From contig OZ037765.1 in the NCBI GenBank assembly GCA_964035545.1, forward strand, positions 5,900,698 to 5,964,697: a stretch of DNA of 64,000 nt. The letters are read 5' to 3'. Under the pieces are notes generated by a model that saw only the letters and a program-made list of their open reading frames with translations, searched no databases and had not been told where the DNA came from. Position 1 is the first letter of the stretch, and each line of letters opens with the position of its first letter. The stretch is from Bugula neritina (lineage: Eukaryota; Animalia; Bryozoa). Of this stretch, positions 50,701 to 64,000 are shown piece by piece. The translations under genes and the position numbers were made by a program.

Positions 50701-53700
50701 GATTGCCCCGGAACTAGACTTGCCACCCATGACTGCTGAGGATTTTGAAAGATTTGAAATTGAAATTCCCATTTCTCCAATTAAACATGTTCCAGAGTTG
50801 TCTCCCTCATCAAGGTTGTAGCATATACTAGTTTAATATTTTGATAGTGTTTAATTCTAAAGTTATACGTATTGTACGGAAAGCAACATTCCTCTATTTC
50901 GAAAAAGTCTACTTTACTCGTTTTTTAATTAACATTTTTATATGTATTAACATACATAAGTTTGAATTAAATATCATATTTTAAAATCCTCCGAAAGTGA
51001 TTAAAAAGATGTAAATCTTGGCATGCGTGACTGTGTGCCTGTAGATACAAACGTATACATATGTACACACACGCGCGCACACACACACACTTTTGCAGGC
51101 CAGAGCAAGAGCCCATGTATACTGAAACCACAAATGTTCTTGAAATGGGAGAGCCTCCATTGGCTGTACAGAATCAGCTGGAGCAAACACCAACAGTGCA
51201 GCCGGATAATGCAGACAGGGCTCCTGCTAGACCAGGGAAACGCAAGTCTTCTTCATCTGACGTAGATGCCGAAATTGAAGAAAGGCGCAAGAGGCCAAAG
51301 GTCAATGAAAATAATACATATAATATGATTATTTTTTATTTATATTATCCTCTCATGAACCTTCGTTGATTCTTATTATAGTAGATGGACCATAGTGAAA
51401 AAAGAAATTTCAACTAGATAATTAGGAAAAAGTAATATTAGCATATTTATTGCATAATCAATGGAAATACATTTAAAAATGATTAGTGTTGTATAGGTAC
51501 AGATGTTTGTAGCTTAGATCTCAATGTGCCATTGCTATTGTTGGGTATAGTTGTCCAGTTTTATAGATGATTTTTGTCACTCCTGGCTCATAAATATCTA
51601 GTATTATTAGGGTGTATTCAACATTATATATATATCTCAACATAGCTGAGTTATAACTTAGTGGTGTGTTATGAACAGATATCAGCTCTGGTGCTGCCAC
51701 CATTAGAGTCCGAGGTCATAGTTACTGACAAGAAAGCGAGGTCAGCCAACACCCGCCTACTCATTGACGATGAGAAAAGACTTAACAAGGAACTGTGGAA
51801 GGGGTGGCAAGAAAATCATGCTGCCACAACAAAAACACCTGTAAGATTTTAGACTTAAGTTTAAATTCGTATATTTTAGTAAATAGCTCAGAAATGTGTA
51901 ACACTTTTGTTTTAAAATATTAGTTGCTTCTCTTGAGATTTGAAGTTTTGAGAATTAGCTACTAGAGCATAAACTTTCTCAGTCATTTCTCCTACATGTT
52001 AGAAGTTGGCTGCACCTGTTAAAACACCTCAGTAATGTGAACAGCTGTTGACTTCGATAATTCCCTGAATTTATCAAAATAAACTAAGTTTTTTTATCTA
52101 AATACAGCATCAACCATATAAACAATTTACTTGTTTACAGAATAAATATTTAAGATAGATTCTTGTACTTAACATGGTCTCTGTAGAGGATCAGGAAGGT
52201 GAACGCAGGCATTGATGATGTTTTAGACTAGGCCATCCATGAGTTATGTTGATAAAATGAATTTTTTGCACAGAAAATGCATTTAAAAATATTATATGCT
52301 TTCAGTAAAGGTTATTGAATTATAATCACCTTGAGAGCATGCATCTGGAACTTGAATATGTCAAACATATGAACCATTATGAAATGCAAGATTAATGTAC
52401 AGTTTTAATTGGGATTTAGATTAATTTTCATTGTAACTTTATATGCCACATTACATAAATTTTTAATATTATAATGCTAGATATACATGCACCTTAATAT
52501 AAAATAATTGTATTATTTGAAGATTTTACCAGACAATTTTCCCTCACTCGAAGAGTTGATGACTACACCTGGTTGTCTCGGTTTGAAACTTTGTTTGAGT
52601 TCACATTGAGGAGTTAATCTTGTGGTTTATTACTTTTACTGTTTATTCATTGTGCACTTTAAACTGTAGAAATGTTGACAGTCAATTAGTTTAAGTAAAA
52701 AGACCTTAGGGCATCAAACTGAGTTGGTGGATATTTAATATTGAATATATTTCTTACACATATAATATTCAAACTGCATTGCTAAAAGGAAATTACTTAA
52801 TACACACATTATAGTTAACTTTTCACCATTTAACTGTTTTATACACAAATCTGTCACAATAGAAACAATTCTTGTTTAGAGTTTATGTTCGCTTTATTTC
52901 CATACACTTAGTGTACTTGTGAGGCATGTAATTTGATAATGAAATTGACTAAATATTGCTACCATTTCTGTTCATTTTTCGAAGCACAACTGAGCAAATG
53001 TTGAGAAATTTAGCTCACGGGCATGGCTTATGTTTTCCCTACTAAATTGATGAACCCCATATCTATACTCACTTGCATGCTGTTAATAATTTAAAGCAAT
53101 AAGCCACAGTTATATGGATCAATGCATTATTGGATAATTCAGAGTATTTTCTGTGTTTTTTAGACAATTTCAATTCAATTTCCATGAGAGAGTGGTTCAG
53201 AAGCATGTGTAAACCACCAGCTGTGACTCGTCAGCTGCCAGGTAACATCAGACAGCAGCTGCCAGCACTCAGTGCTCCCTGCTACTTGATACACGCTCTA
53301 GTACTCAGTAATTGAAATTTTTATGTGAAATTTTCCAGCCTTTTTTAGATTTACACTGAAAATTGTTGACTTTACTTTGAACACCATGAAAAAGTATATT
53401 TAATTGTGTTATAGTCAAGCAATTACCCAAAGAGAGGCATTTTTTATAGAACAATTATAATTTAGTTATGTAATATTTACAAAATGAAGCTCTACATAAA
53501 TTTCAAAAAGATTTTGAACGTTACTTTCTATTTTATATAGAAGAAACCTGCACTTTTAGTATTGCATTATGTTTGCATAGCTGAGAAAAGTGGGCATGAC
53601 GCAATGGCTAATATAACGGAGACTGAGTTACCCAGACAAGTGGCATCTGCAGTTAGTATTTTGTTGTTGAGCTGTTCTTTATCTGTGTATCTACGCTCAA

Positions 53701-55872
53701 TGTATGTTCATAACTTTATCAATACTGAAAAGCTGTTGCAAAAAACTGTGCAAAATTTGGGCTGTTTTATTCAATTATTTAAAGAAAAGGGAAGGCTCTA
53801 AAAAAGCCTCTTTTTATGGTGGCCATAACTTCATATTGAATTCATTAAATTAGCTTTCTTGAGGTGCTAGTTTATAACTACACATTTTACACTGCTTGCA
53901 AATTACTAATGTTGTTTGTCTTTGTTATATTATTTAATCTAAAGTAAAAATAACATATTATTGAAACATGAAAATACTAATATAACGAGGCTCTATGGTG
54001 CACTGCGGCTGGTCCATGCATACAAGTGCTATTGTGTAAAATACATTATGGTGTAGCTGAAGATTGTCTTGTGTTTAGAATGAGAGTAGAGATGAGAAAC
54101 TGCTGAAAAGTATGGAAACTACAATGAATAGAAGCGCTAACATATCCACTCGCATTGAAACACCAAACATCAGTAATGTTGCTAACAAAACATCTTTCAG
54201 GTAATAGAGATGCAACAGGTAATACTGTGCAATGTGTTGCATATGCTTTGGCAGAAATAATTTTCAGCGTAATATTGCTACTAGCTGCATATATTCAGAT
54301 TACAAATATTTATAGTATAGCAGAGGTGAATTTGTATAATTGTACTATTATTTTGATTTGTTATGATATGTATGTTTAATATTTTGAAACCATATCTGTC
54401 ATATTAGATGTGACCATCAAATCCTTTCTTGCATTCATATATGCAGAGTACTTGTGTAAGAATTAGTTTTGAAGTATCTCCCATATATTGCACTAAAATC
54501 TGATATGAGCACTCTGAAGTGAAGTGGAAGAAGTGAAATGTACTGCTGTTTCATGATACAATACGCTTGTATATAGAACTGTTGCTGAAGAATCAGCCAA
54601 TAAGATCATACCTCCCCCTGAACCAATCAATGAGCAAATGTTCCCACCAGACCAACCTGACCAATTAGAACTGATGGAGGAAATGCAGCTTCCCCCTGAG
54701 CAACAATTGGAAGAGCAACCTGTACCACAGGCAGAGAATGTACAGAGTGCTGACCATCCAATTTCTCAGCCAGAAGCTCCTGGTGTCGCTGATGTATGAG
54801 TTATTGTTTTTTATATTTCACAAGTCAACATCTCCGGTTTGCTGAAATTGAATGCTCATTCTTAGTGCTGGGTACTAATCCTTTATCTATTATAGCCTGA
54901 AACGCCAGCTCTGATTATTGATAACGAAAGGTTTCAACAGGATGCTGAAGCTGCAGCCACGCCTCGAACTCTTTCCACTAAAGCCAAGCTGACCAGGTAT
55001 GCTGCAGACAGTATACACAATCTTTAATAATTGCTTTCTGGGTGTGCATTGCTAACTTAAAATACGCATGTGATTTTACTTTTTGTATTTTAACTTGCCA
55101 CCTGCATTTTTCATTGCCCTACTTTGCAACTGGCATTTACTCCGATGGAAAAATCAACTGAGACAAAGGTAATATGTGTATTATATATTAACTGATGGTT
55201 TTCCAGGAGTTTAAAGAGAAATTTCCAGGAGAAAAATAGTATCGTTTTCACAGAGTTGGATGACCTCATTCAGCCTAAGAGGACGTCTAGACAAGAAGTG
55301 GCCAAACTGTTCCACGCCCTCCTAGGTATAACTACCAGTCAATTACTTAAACTAAGTGCATGTAATAATACGTTTGTATGAATAATAATGTGCACCTGTA
55401 ATTACTTATACTGTATATTTGAATTTATAGTAATATTGAAATATTTAAACAAAACTTGAAACAGTTTGGCAATCAGATCCTGATATACCTGGGATATTAT
55501 GCAGTTTGGGAAATAATAGCCACGAATTTAATACTTTCACTTTACTTTACGAGTCATCTCCATAATTATTTTGCTATTAATGTGAAAACACATTGACTAT
55601 CAAATTAAGAAATTAAACTTATTTTGCAGTAATTGCAAATTATTTGTTTATAATGTATGTTTTAGCTGCATTTTTTATTTTATGTGACTGTTACACTGTC
55701 TGAAAGCCATTGCATTAACTACCATGGTAGTTAATGCAAATAGGAAAATCATAATTCTGTTGCCCAAAGCTAAAAACAATTATGTTCTATAGTTATGGCA
55801 AAACGAAAGCATGTTGAAATTAGACAAGATGAATCCTATGGGCCGATTATCATTACAAGATACAGTGAATAA
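47742..55872 (+). CDS. REC8: Meiotic cohesin alpha-kleisin REC8, ~15 coding exons
   Basis: Approximate exons: 47742-47866, 48919-49055, 49190-49365, 49700-49858, 50702-50813, 51099-51300, 51679-51840, 52523-52580, 53164-53241, 53581-53651, 54079-54200, 54577-54793, 54896-54996, 55207-55325, 55793-55872. N-terminus MFFCHEILQRRNGSFGIIWLAA...REY...EILNYILARV...RFSLYLSAQLMYG is REC8-type rather than RAD21-type; C-terminal winged helix SRQEVAKLFHALLVMAK...QDESYGPIII. Confidence 0.95.
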
Positions 55873-56797
55873 CTCCCGATAATCTCATAGATATCACTAA
55901 TTGTCCTAGTCATCCATACTTCTATAGCTGTCATAGAAAACTTGACAGAAATTAGCCACTTACAGTTTGTTACTCTTGTTAACTTTTACTTGGTTGTTGT
56001 TATGTCTTATTATATTGTTGTTTGTTATTTATCTTTTAAAAGTTTATTATATTGACATAACTATATTTTAATTTAAATAGCTGTTATCAGTCTTATAGAC
56101 TGTTGTTGAAATATGTAATTGTTGTGTAAAAGGAGCTTTTTATTTTCTACTAAATTTGTTATTTTATTTATTAACTTGACTCGTTACAACTTTACTATAA
56201 TAAAACTTTTTATAAATTTTAGTGTATAAATATAATTATATCTACTTTATACCAATAGTTATTTTATCATTTATAGCACTAGAATAAGATAATAACTACA
56301 TACAATATGAAGAACAGCATAATAATCTCGATAATGGCTAATATATCGTAAGTTTATAGTCACCATCCTTGTGAGATCGTTTGACGGAGAGGAAAATTTT
56401 TATTCAAGCTTATTTATATCATATTTAAAAGCGCAATAATCAAATAATATTATGTGCATTGTTGCAATTTTGATACCTAATAATAAATTATTACACTTAC
56501 AGACATGTTGACAGTTATGTCTATGATAGGTAACACCAGTGACACATTATGTTTGACTGATTTTTTTAAATGACTGCAGGGATCCTGCTCACTGAAATAG
56601 AATATAATATATGGAATATAATGGGTTCCAATTCAGTGATCCTACTAATAGAGTTGTCTTCGGTATGAAGAGCTCCATCATAGATTTGAGATTCTACTGC
56701 TGAGTGTAATTATTAGCGATTTCGTTTTTATACTTTTTCTTCGAGTGTTGGCTATAAAGGGTTAAAGTTCACGATGGTTGAATAGACGGTCTGAATG

Positions 56798-56948
56798 GTT
56801 CTATCAGCAGCTCCGAGTTAAGATTATTGAGTGCAGTAGTTTAGCGTTCCCAAGTTTAGAGTTGGAGTTTATGAAAACCCCTAATTTAAACTCGAGAACT
56901 ACAAACTATTGTACTCATTCACCCCCAACTTGGAGTTGCTTATAGAAC
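56798..56948. mobile_element. ~150-bp foldback palindrome (MITE-like or hairpin RNA)
   Basis: Left arm gttctatcagcagctccgagtt...gagtgcagtagttt...caagtttaga matches the reverse complement of the right arm gttctataagcaactccaagtt...gagtacaatagttt...cgagtttaaa. Confidence 0.75.
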
Positions 56949-56999
56949 AATTTTGGCTAGTAGCCTACCTTCTTTATTTCGTGTGTTGACGAGGCAAAA

Positions 57000-57775
57000 T
57001 TGAGATGATCAATGATTAAAATATTAATATAAGAAATCGCATTCAATATTGATATTCATAATTATTTCTTCTGGAAGAATTACTCTTTTATCATTGGTTG
57101 TTTTGGTTCATTGGTAATATTTTACTTTATATAATAAATAATTGTGTAATGATATAAAATATAAATAATTATTATAATTTAAATTAATATTAATAAATTA
57201 TTATTAATTAATATTATACTTATAGTTATAGTCACAAACAATCGCAATGATATTGATAATGATAAAATTGATAATATTAATTGCCTTAATTGGTTTTAGA
57301 TAAAATAAATCATATTCATATAAATAATAAAGCAAGAAGTAGTACGAGTCTGACTCTTACTCTTAGTCTGTAAATATTAATTACATATAGTGATATACAA
57401 TATCACTATATGAATATTACTGTTATTTTTATTATACATTTTGATTTAGCTTTAGTTTTGCCAGGATGATTAATTTCAATTATAATTAAATAACTTAAAC
57501 TATTGATATTAAATTTTGATTTAGTGTAGCTGTAATACATGTACTTATAGTTATACTGATGGTGATACTCACACTGGATAGTCATAGTGATACTGATAGT
57601 GATACTGAGTTGATGCCCAACTGATACTCATACAGATACTGAGTCAATAACGTGACAATAGCAATTTGTTTTCAAATTCAACAATTATCAGGCTCAGTAT
57701 GAATACGAGTATAAACTATATGATAAACTACAACTCATATCTCCAGCTATAACTAATACTGTAAGTATAAGGATT
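57000..57775. repeat. Cryptic period-6 low-complexity tract upstream of RNF181 (resumes at ~58240-58370)
   Basis: catagt gatact gatagt gatact gagt; gactct tactct tagtct; cagtat gaatac gagtat aaacta. Confidence 0.7.
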
Positions 57776-58233
57776 ACTGCCGTTTCGTACATTGGTCGTT
57801 CCGTATACAAAATGGTTGTTTTGTACACAAGCTGCTGTCCGTTTCGTACATAACATTAACAATAAATTAATTCAGTGGATAGTCACTTGGATGATGCTAG
57901 TTTATATATTTATTGCATCTCAGCTCTCTTTCTTTCAGCATGTTTTTTAAACGAGAAAAATATATTTGTTAACTATGTGCTGCCATCTACTAATGAGTAA
58001 TAACAATATCTAAACCAAAAGAGCTGCCCCCCCCCCACATCTACATATCACAATAATAAATAAGCATGCGGCGAAATGAAATGTGCAAGTTACTTGTGAG
58101 AAGTACTGTAAAACTCATACATCAAATAATAAATAGATATAAAAAATATGTATTTTAGTTAGTTTATATTGATGTGTACGAAACGAACTAAAAAAGTGGC
58201 TGAGAAATAGCTTGTGTATGAAACGACCTGCAC
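57775..58233. mobile_element. MITE-like element with subterminal (G)TCGTTTCGTACAC-type repeats in inverted orientation
   Basis: Left: cgtttcgtaca, ggtcgttccgtataca, ggttgttttgtacacaagct, cgtttcgtaca. Right: tgtgtacgaaacg, agcttgtgtatgaaacgacc. No clear target-site duplication. Confidence 0.7.
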
Positions 58234-58754
58234 CCAAGACCCAAGTATAAGCCAATCACTTAATACATATCTTGTTATTGTATGAAGCTAAACATTTGAA
58301 TCACAATAGCATTCAATAATGATCATCATTACTATCACTCTGAAGTATGAACATTTAGACAGAAGTAAGTTAGAAGGCATATTTGGCGTTTATTGGTAAT
58401 TTTTCTAATTGATATATAAATAAGCTAAACATGAAGCTTCAAGTTAATATAAAAATAGTTATATGTACTTGTAGTTAAGTTATATAAAGTTTAAGCAACA
58501 TATTTCAAAGGTGAAAGGGCTGTTGTAAGACATTTGAAGAAGTTTGCAAATAATATACTGAAGACTGTTTCATATAACTTTAATTGAATTCTTAAAACAC
58601 GATTTTTGTATTTGAAGCAAATGAATAGATCCATTAAGTTACTAGGAATTATGTAAAATATTACATATACCACTAAGATAAATTGTATTTTATTGTGGGC
58701 ACATCTATTTATTATTATTTAATAGTATAAGTTTATGGCTTTAGTGTATTGGTG

Positions 58755-60067
58755 ATGGCCTCATATTTTGATGAACATGATTGTGAGCCTCTCGCAGATG
58801 GTCAATCACCAGACCATTTACTTCATCTTGCTCGAATGCTGCAAGATGGTGGCTACACAGAAGAATTCGAAGAGTTGTTTGGACAAATAAAATCATCTCC
58901 ACCTGCTTCAAAAGAAGTTGTAGAAAATCTGCCTTGTGTGCAGGTCTGGGTGTAAAATTGTTCATCAATATTTCCCTCTTCTCTAAATTGAGTCATCATC
59001 AATGCTTGCATTACTCTCTTCCATGCTACGTAATAAATTGGTTTTAAAATGTATCTGTGTAAATATTTGTCAATGAATATTTTAATTTATAAGTAATTTT
59101 CGATTGATTTTTTTCTTCATTTGAAATGTAAGTTGCTGACGTGATTTATAGAAACAAATTATTAGTCAATGCTATTTGATTGATTAGTTTTATACTTTTA
59201 TTGATTTTAATAAATAGTCATTTAGCCATTATCTAACTGTTTAAAGGTTAATGAAGAAGATGTAGATGATGATTACATGTGTGCTATCTGCCGTGTTAAT
59301 TACACCACCAAAGATTCCCCTCGACTTTTGCCCTGTAGTCATAAATTTCATGACAGTTGTGTGAAGCCTTGGCTAAAGAAAACTAATACCTGTCCTGAAT
59401 GCAGGTATACATAATCATCTTCTGAGCTCACTAGAAATTTTATCTACTGGAGTACTTGCTAACTTTTGCCTTATTCGAATCCTTCACGAACTCAGTAATA
59501 AATTGACAATTCCAAACAGGATTCTGTAAATCTGAAATGGTAGAAGCAACCCATTTTTTAAATTGGCAATTGTTTATCTGAAACAATATTGCCGTCATTT
59601 GAGATAAATTTTACATTTTAAGCTCACTCTGTAAATATGTGTTAGCAAGAGTTAGGTGTAGAGTTGTAGTTCAAGCTTTTGTGATATTTGTAGCACAAGA
59701 AATTGTCATATTTGTAAAATAAAGCAAAACCTGGTCAAAACCACAATCTACATAGCTTCTCCCAATTTTGTCATTGCTGCAATGTACTGTAGTTGTGGTG
59801 AAAAATGAAAGTCTGGCATTTTAGAGCTTCTTGGAATAAATTAGATCATTTAATAAATTTATTTTACGTTGTTTATCAAGACTTACTAGGCTGTTTGTTA
59901 GCATAGTCTGACCTCTTTTTATTGTCAAATTATATTGAAATGCAATATTTTGCAGGTCGGAGTTGCCAACAGATGACGAGGCTTACGAAGCATTTAGGAA
60001 GTACAAGTCTCGAGAAACACAAAGAAAGTATGAGTTGGAGGCACTCCACAACTCTATGTTTGGATAG
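58755..60067 (+). CDS. RNF181: E3 ubiquitin ligase RNF181 (RING-H2); exons 58755-58943, 59247-59404, 59956-60067
   Basis: MASYFDEHDCEPL, PPASKEVVENLP, CAIC...LPCSHKFHDSCVKPWLKKTNTCPECR, ELPTDDEAYE, LEALHNSMFG*. Confidence 0.96.
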
Positions 60068-60799
60068 GCAATGATTTCACATACTGTTCTTTTAAGCATA
60101 TCTGCAGAGCTTTGTTTTGTAAGTCACATTTGATAACAAGGAAGTGCTGATATGTATTTTAAATTATTTATATTAATTTTGAGAACTATTGTATAACTAT
60201 TAACTCATGTTATAAGTAATACTCTATCTAAAAATTAGCAAATGGGTTGTGTAGAATAAATAATATGGTCTCTATTTTTTCATATTAACTTTCGAAACTA
60301 TTTGGTACCATATAGATACTTGAATACTCACTAATCTTTTTCAAAATAAAAAAGTTATATTAATTTTTAGCATGGTGACATATTAATTTTATTAATATAA
60401 TTTGCTTGTACTTTTAGACATATGGATAAATTGAAGTATATTGTTTTCTTGCATTGTTCATTGTCTGACGGAATTCCTAGTACAATATTAGTGTATAAGA
60501 GTTGTCTACTAATTAAACACTGTCGTATTTGGAGTTGTTAACCAAAGCGATGAAAGTAAAACGACTCTTTCAAAACAGTCTAAATATTGCTACGATTCCA
60601 ATAATCACATTTGTCGTTGCTAGCACGAAATCCGCAAGGCATTACAGTGTAATCTTCGATTTTAATTGGCAGTGCCATATTTTATAAACATAATTAATAC
60701 AATTTAATGAGTTATGTCGATGGGATTAACTCTGCTCACAGACCAATAGTGGCTTACCTGCTCTCCACTGTTTAAAAAAATAAGCAAACGTCATCAGGT

Positions 60800-61450
60800 A
60801 ACGTTGAGTTTAACCTTGAAGTTGAGGTTAGCTGTTGAGCTTTCATAATGATTCATATTGATATTGCTATTCATATTGGCTTTTAGTTTTGGTGTAGATA
60901 GTATTAGTATTACTATTGGTATTTGTAGTCGCTTTGAGTAAAACTTTTGTTTTTATATTTTGATTAATTATCAATTTTAGTTATTTTTAGGTGCAGTGAA
61001 AATTCAAGTTGATTTTTCTAAGTCTAACGACTAATATTTCTTGTACTAATAGTAATACTATGTTCAAAATCTGTGCAAAACTAAAAGTAAGAGTACAGGT
61101 GATTTTGATATTAAATTTAATAGATTTAATTTTTTAATAATTACTCAATTATTGTTATCAGTGAGCATCACTAAATTTTTACTGACTTATACTTATAGTG
61201 AGTAGTATTCATAATTAATAATGACTACTAGATGTCTGATAATTAAAAACTTTACCATGTTTTAGTTGATTAATAAAATTAATGGTAATACTGATACTGT
61301 GATAGTGGTACTAATATTGAAATATTATTCATAATATTATTGATGCTATAGTTGTTGATGTTTGTGATGATGGTTTCATAATGATGAATATTTGAACATA
61401 ATCATTCAATATAATAATAAGTCAACCCCAATTGACTAGAGATCACTCAG
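60800..61450. repeat. Cryptic period-6 low-complexity tract
   Basis: catatt gatatt gctatt catatt; agtatt agtatt actatt ggtatt; aatggt aatact gatact. Confidence 0.7.
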
Positions 61451-61537
61451 TTCATTACTTAGCTTGATTTAAAAGGTCTGGGCAAGCACCACTTCATCAC
61501 TACAGAAATACCTAATTTTATAATTTTTATACATTAG

Positions 61538-61615
61538 ACTACTGCTACTGCTACTGCTACTGCTACTGCTACTGCTACTGCTACTGCTACTGCTACTGCT
61601 ACTGCTACTACTACT
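61538..61615. repeat. (CTACTG)n hexanucleotide microsatellite
   Basis: About 11 perfect units ending in (cta)n. Confidence 0.98.
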
Positions 61616-62675
61616 AGTGTATTATGTGTTAGTTGTTTACACTTCCAACTTCATTTACCCTATTTATTTTCTGCCATGCCCTTATACAATCAACTTATTA
61701 TGTAACGTTGTAATCTAATTTGGTAATTTATTTTCTCCTGCTATTTTCCATTTTACTGGTGGTAGAACCTTAATTTCGGGGCAGTTCTTGTACTTGTCTG
61801 AATAAGTTGATTATGTAAAGTATAACTAGTACTTGTAGATTGAATATTTTCCTAGACTCAGATATCCGAGTTTTGTCATTATTACAATAGGAGCTTGTGA
61901 GCATTACTATTTAAATCGGTTTGTATTGGCTATCTTATTAAAATAATCTTGCCCATAAAAGCAAGTTTAGAATGTCAAACCAAATCAGGATAATAAATTA
62001 GAAAATTTCATGGTAGCTTTAGAAAACAAAAGTAGAAATAACCTAATAAATTAGTAAAAACAGTTAATGGATAATAAAATAATGGAGGATCAAACTAGCG
62101 GAAAAAAACTTGTTTCAGTGTTTAGGAACCAGACAGGCTTATTATGAAAGCCTGGACATCTGCCTTAAGGTTTAACATGTTAGTATTGACTTGGGTTTAA
62201 GAACAAAACAACGAATGAATATTAAAACCATATGTATGCCTTCTTTTTTTAAATAGTCTACATATTTAAAATTTCCCAGCTCACAATCTGCTATTTGAGA
62301 TCCAATTGGATTTTAAACTTCTCATTTTCGAAACTGGACTTTTAAATTTTGATCTGTCTGTTTAAAAATATTTTTGAAAGTCGTTTTATCCGAAACAATC
62401 ATTACTCTGATAACTTTAACTTACCACCTAGAGCTGTTTGTTATTCTAAGCTTTAGATTTATATTATTAGCTTCTGAAGAATTTAAATATCAAGTAAAGC
62501 ATTTTTAATGCTCAGAAGAATGCAAAGCTAGGCAATACTCTTAGCTATTTAGTAATCATATACCCCACTTTCTAAATTAATGTGAATACAGTTTAGTAGA
62601 CTTTTTTCTTACCAAATGTTTGCTTCTGATACACGGGTCTACACACGTTATGTCTTATTTATATGGCTATTCTAG

Positions 62676-62787
62676 CACACCCTCACACACCCACACACCC
62701 TCACACACCCACACACACACACCCACACACACACACCCACACACACACACCCACACACACACATCCACACACACACACCCACACACA
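62676..62787. repeat. Interrupted (CA)n microsatellite
   Basis: CA repeats with cacc/cctc interruptions. Confidence 0.97.
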
Positions 62788-64000
62788 ATCTCCCTGGGGT
62801 GTGTGTTTGGGTAAAACAACTACATGTCTTTTTTCCATGTAAATGTTCATGTTTTTTAATTGCAAGTGTTCTAGCAGCCATGAAAAAGGTTTTTTCTTTA
62901 GATAAATCTGCTAGTCAAAACCTCAACTCTGCAAATCATAAAGGCATTGCAAAATAAAAAATTCATATAAATTGAGGTTCAACATCAGGTAATATATGCT
63001 AACTTTGTAATTTGAATGAGCATGCAACATGCTTTTTCTTGGTTATAAAAACAACCGAACAGTACTTAAACAATAACTAATTAGGGACAAAGAAAAGTAA
63101 ATGCTCCAGTTGCTTGCAGCTTCAGTTACTCTAATAACCCTACCGGGAGAAGGTTAGTAAATGGCAGACAAAGGTTTTTTTTAGAAAACTACGTGGTGTG
63201 AAATACAAGCTTCAAGTTTTATTCAACAGTACAGCAGCCGGTTAAATAACAAGTAATTGTAAGCAAGCTTACTCAGTATGCTATTTGTAAAATATAGCAG
63301 AAACAGCAATAAGTGTAAAATTATAACTATTATATTAGACTGCAATGTTTTATGCAAGACATATTTGGTGAGAGTAATTAACCTTGCTGTATAGTTCTCA
63401 AGTTATTAAATTGTCATGGAATATTTGTCTAAAGTCAATGATGACCTTGAAGGTGTTATCTATGCATCATCAGTTATTTGTTTTTTCATATGGTGTGGTG
63501 CAGCTGCCTTACAATTTAATTATTGCACTACAAATCAAATCTTTTGATATCTTGTTATTTAAAATAATATCTTTATATTTTGCAGAAAATATTTCATTAA
63601 CAAACTAAGCTATGGACTTTTAGATGTTGTAGTTATCAGCATGAGTTGAAAGTATATTATTGTAGCATACAATATAATAGTTTTGCATTATTCTAAAAAC
63701 CTCAAATTCAGTTGCAAGTCAATTATGTAACATAGTCACACACCTGCTTTAACTTTCTTTTGCAATAGTATTCCTTTTTCCTAGTTATCCTATTATACTG
63801 TACTATCATAAAAATAGTTCATTTCATATATAAGGCAGATATTAATTTAACTCTGTTTCTGGAATAAATGTTTAAAGTTATCAGTGTGTATTTCCAGATT
63901 ATTTTTATTATAAGTATGCGTTTTTCTGTGTAGTTCTATGACTTCTGTCTTGTAGACTGTAAAATATAGAGATCAACAAAGAGCCACTTTTCTTCTTTGT

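Noticed and set aside
52003-52243. Apparent REC8 micro-exons or premature stops
   Set aside because: Direct splicing from 51840 to the AAG acceptor at 52522/52523 keeps the frame, so neither micro-exons nor pseudogenisation are needed.
30074-59247. Three AAG acceptors (MSH5, REC8, RNF181)
   Set aside because: About 3 of ~75 introns; not clearly unusual.
62620-62881. His/Thr and Cys/Val ORFs
   Set aside because: Translation of the (CA)n microsatellite.

Overview
AT-rich, intron-rich animal (probably invertebrate) genomic DNA; the species cannot be identified from the window. Manual GT-AG exon assembly gives six genes plus a fragment: the last exon of an upstream GPI-tail gene (+), a 19-exon, ~1064-aa secreted/GPI-anchored copper-only SOD repeat protein (+), MSH5 (-, ~28 exons, ~315-aa N-terminal extension), a two-exon Jun (+), an LRRC41-like BC-box LRR protein (-), REC8 (+) and RNF181 (+). 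Repeats include a tRNA-derived SINE, two foldback/MITE-like elements, minisatellites and microsatellites. The two most striking non-coding observations are a Jun promoter with a CCAAT-ATF/AP-1-MEF2 cassette spaced almost as I recall the vertebrate c-jun promoter, and ~0.5-1 kb cryptic period-6 tracts beside the inferred promoters of five of the six genes. Exon boundaries were read by eye and may be off by a few bases; comparisons with human sequences are from memory, not searches.
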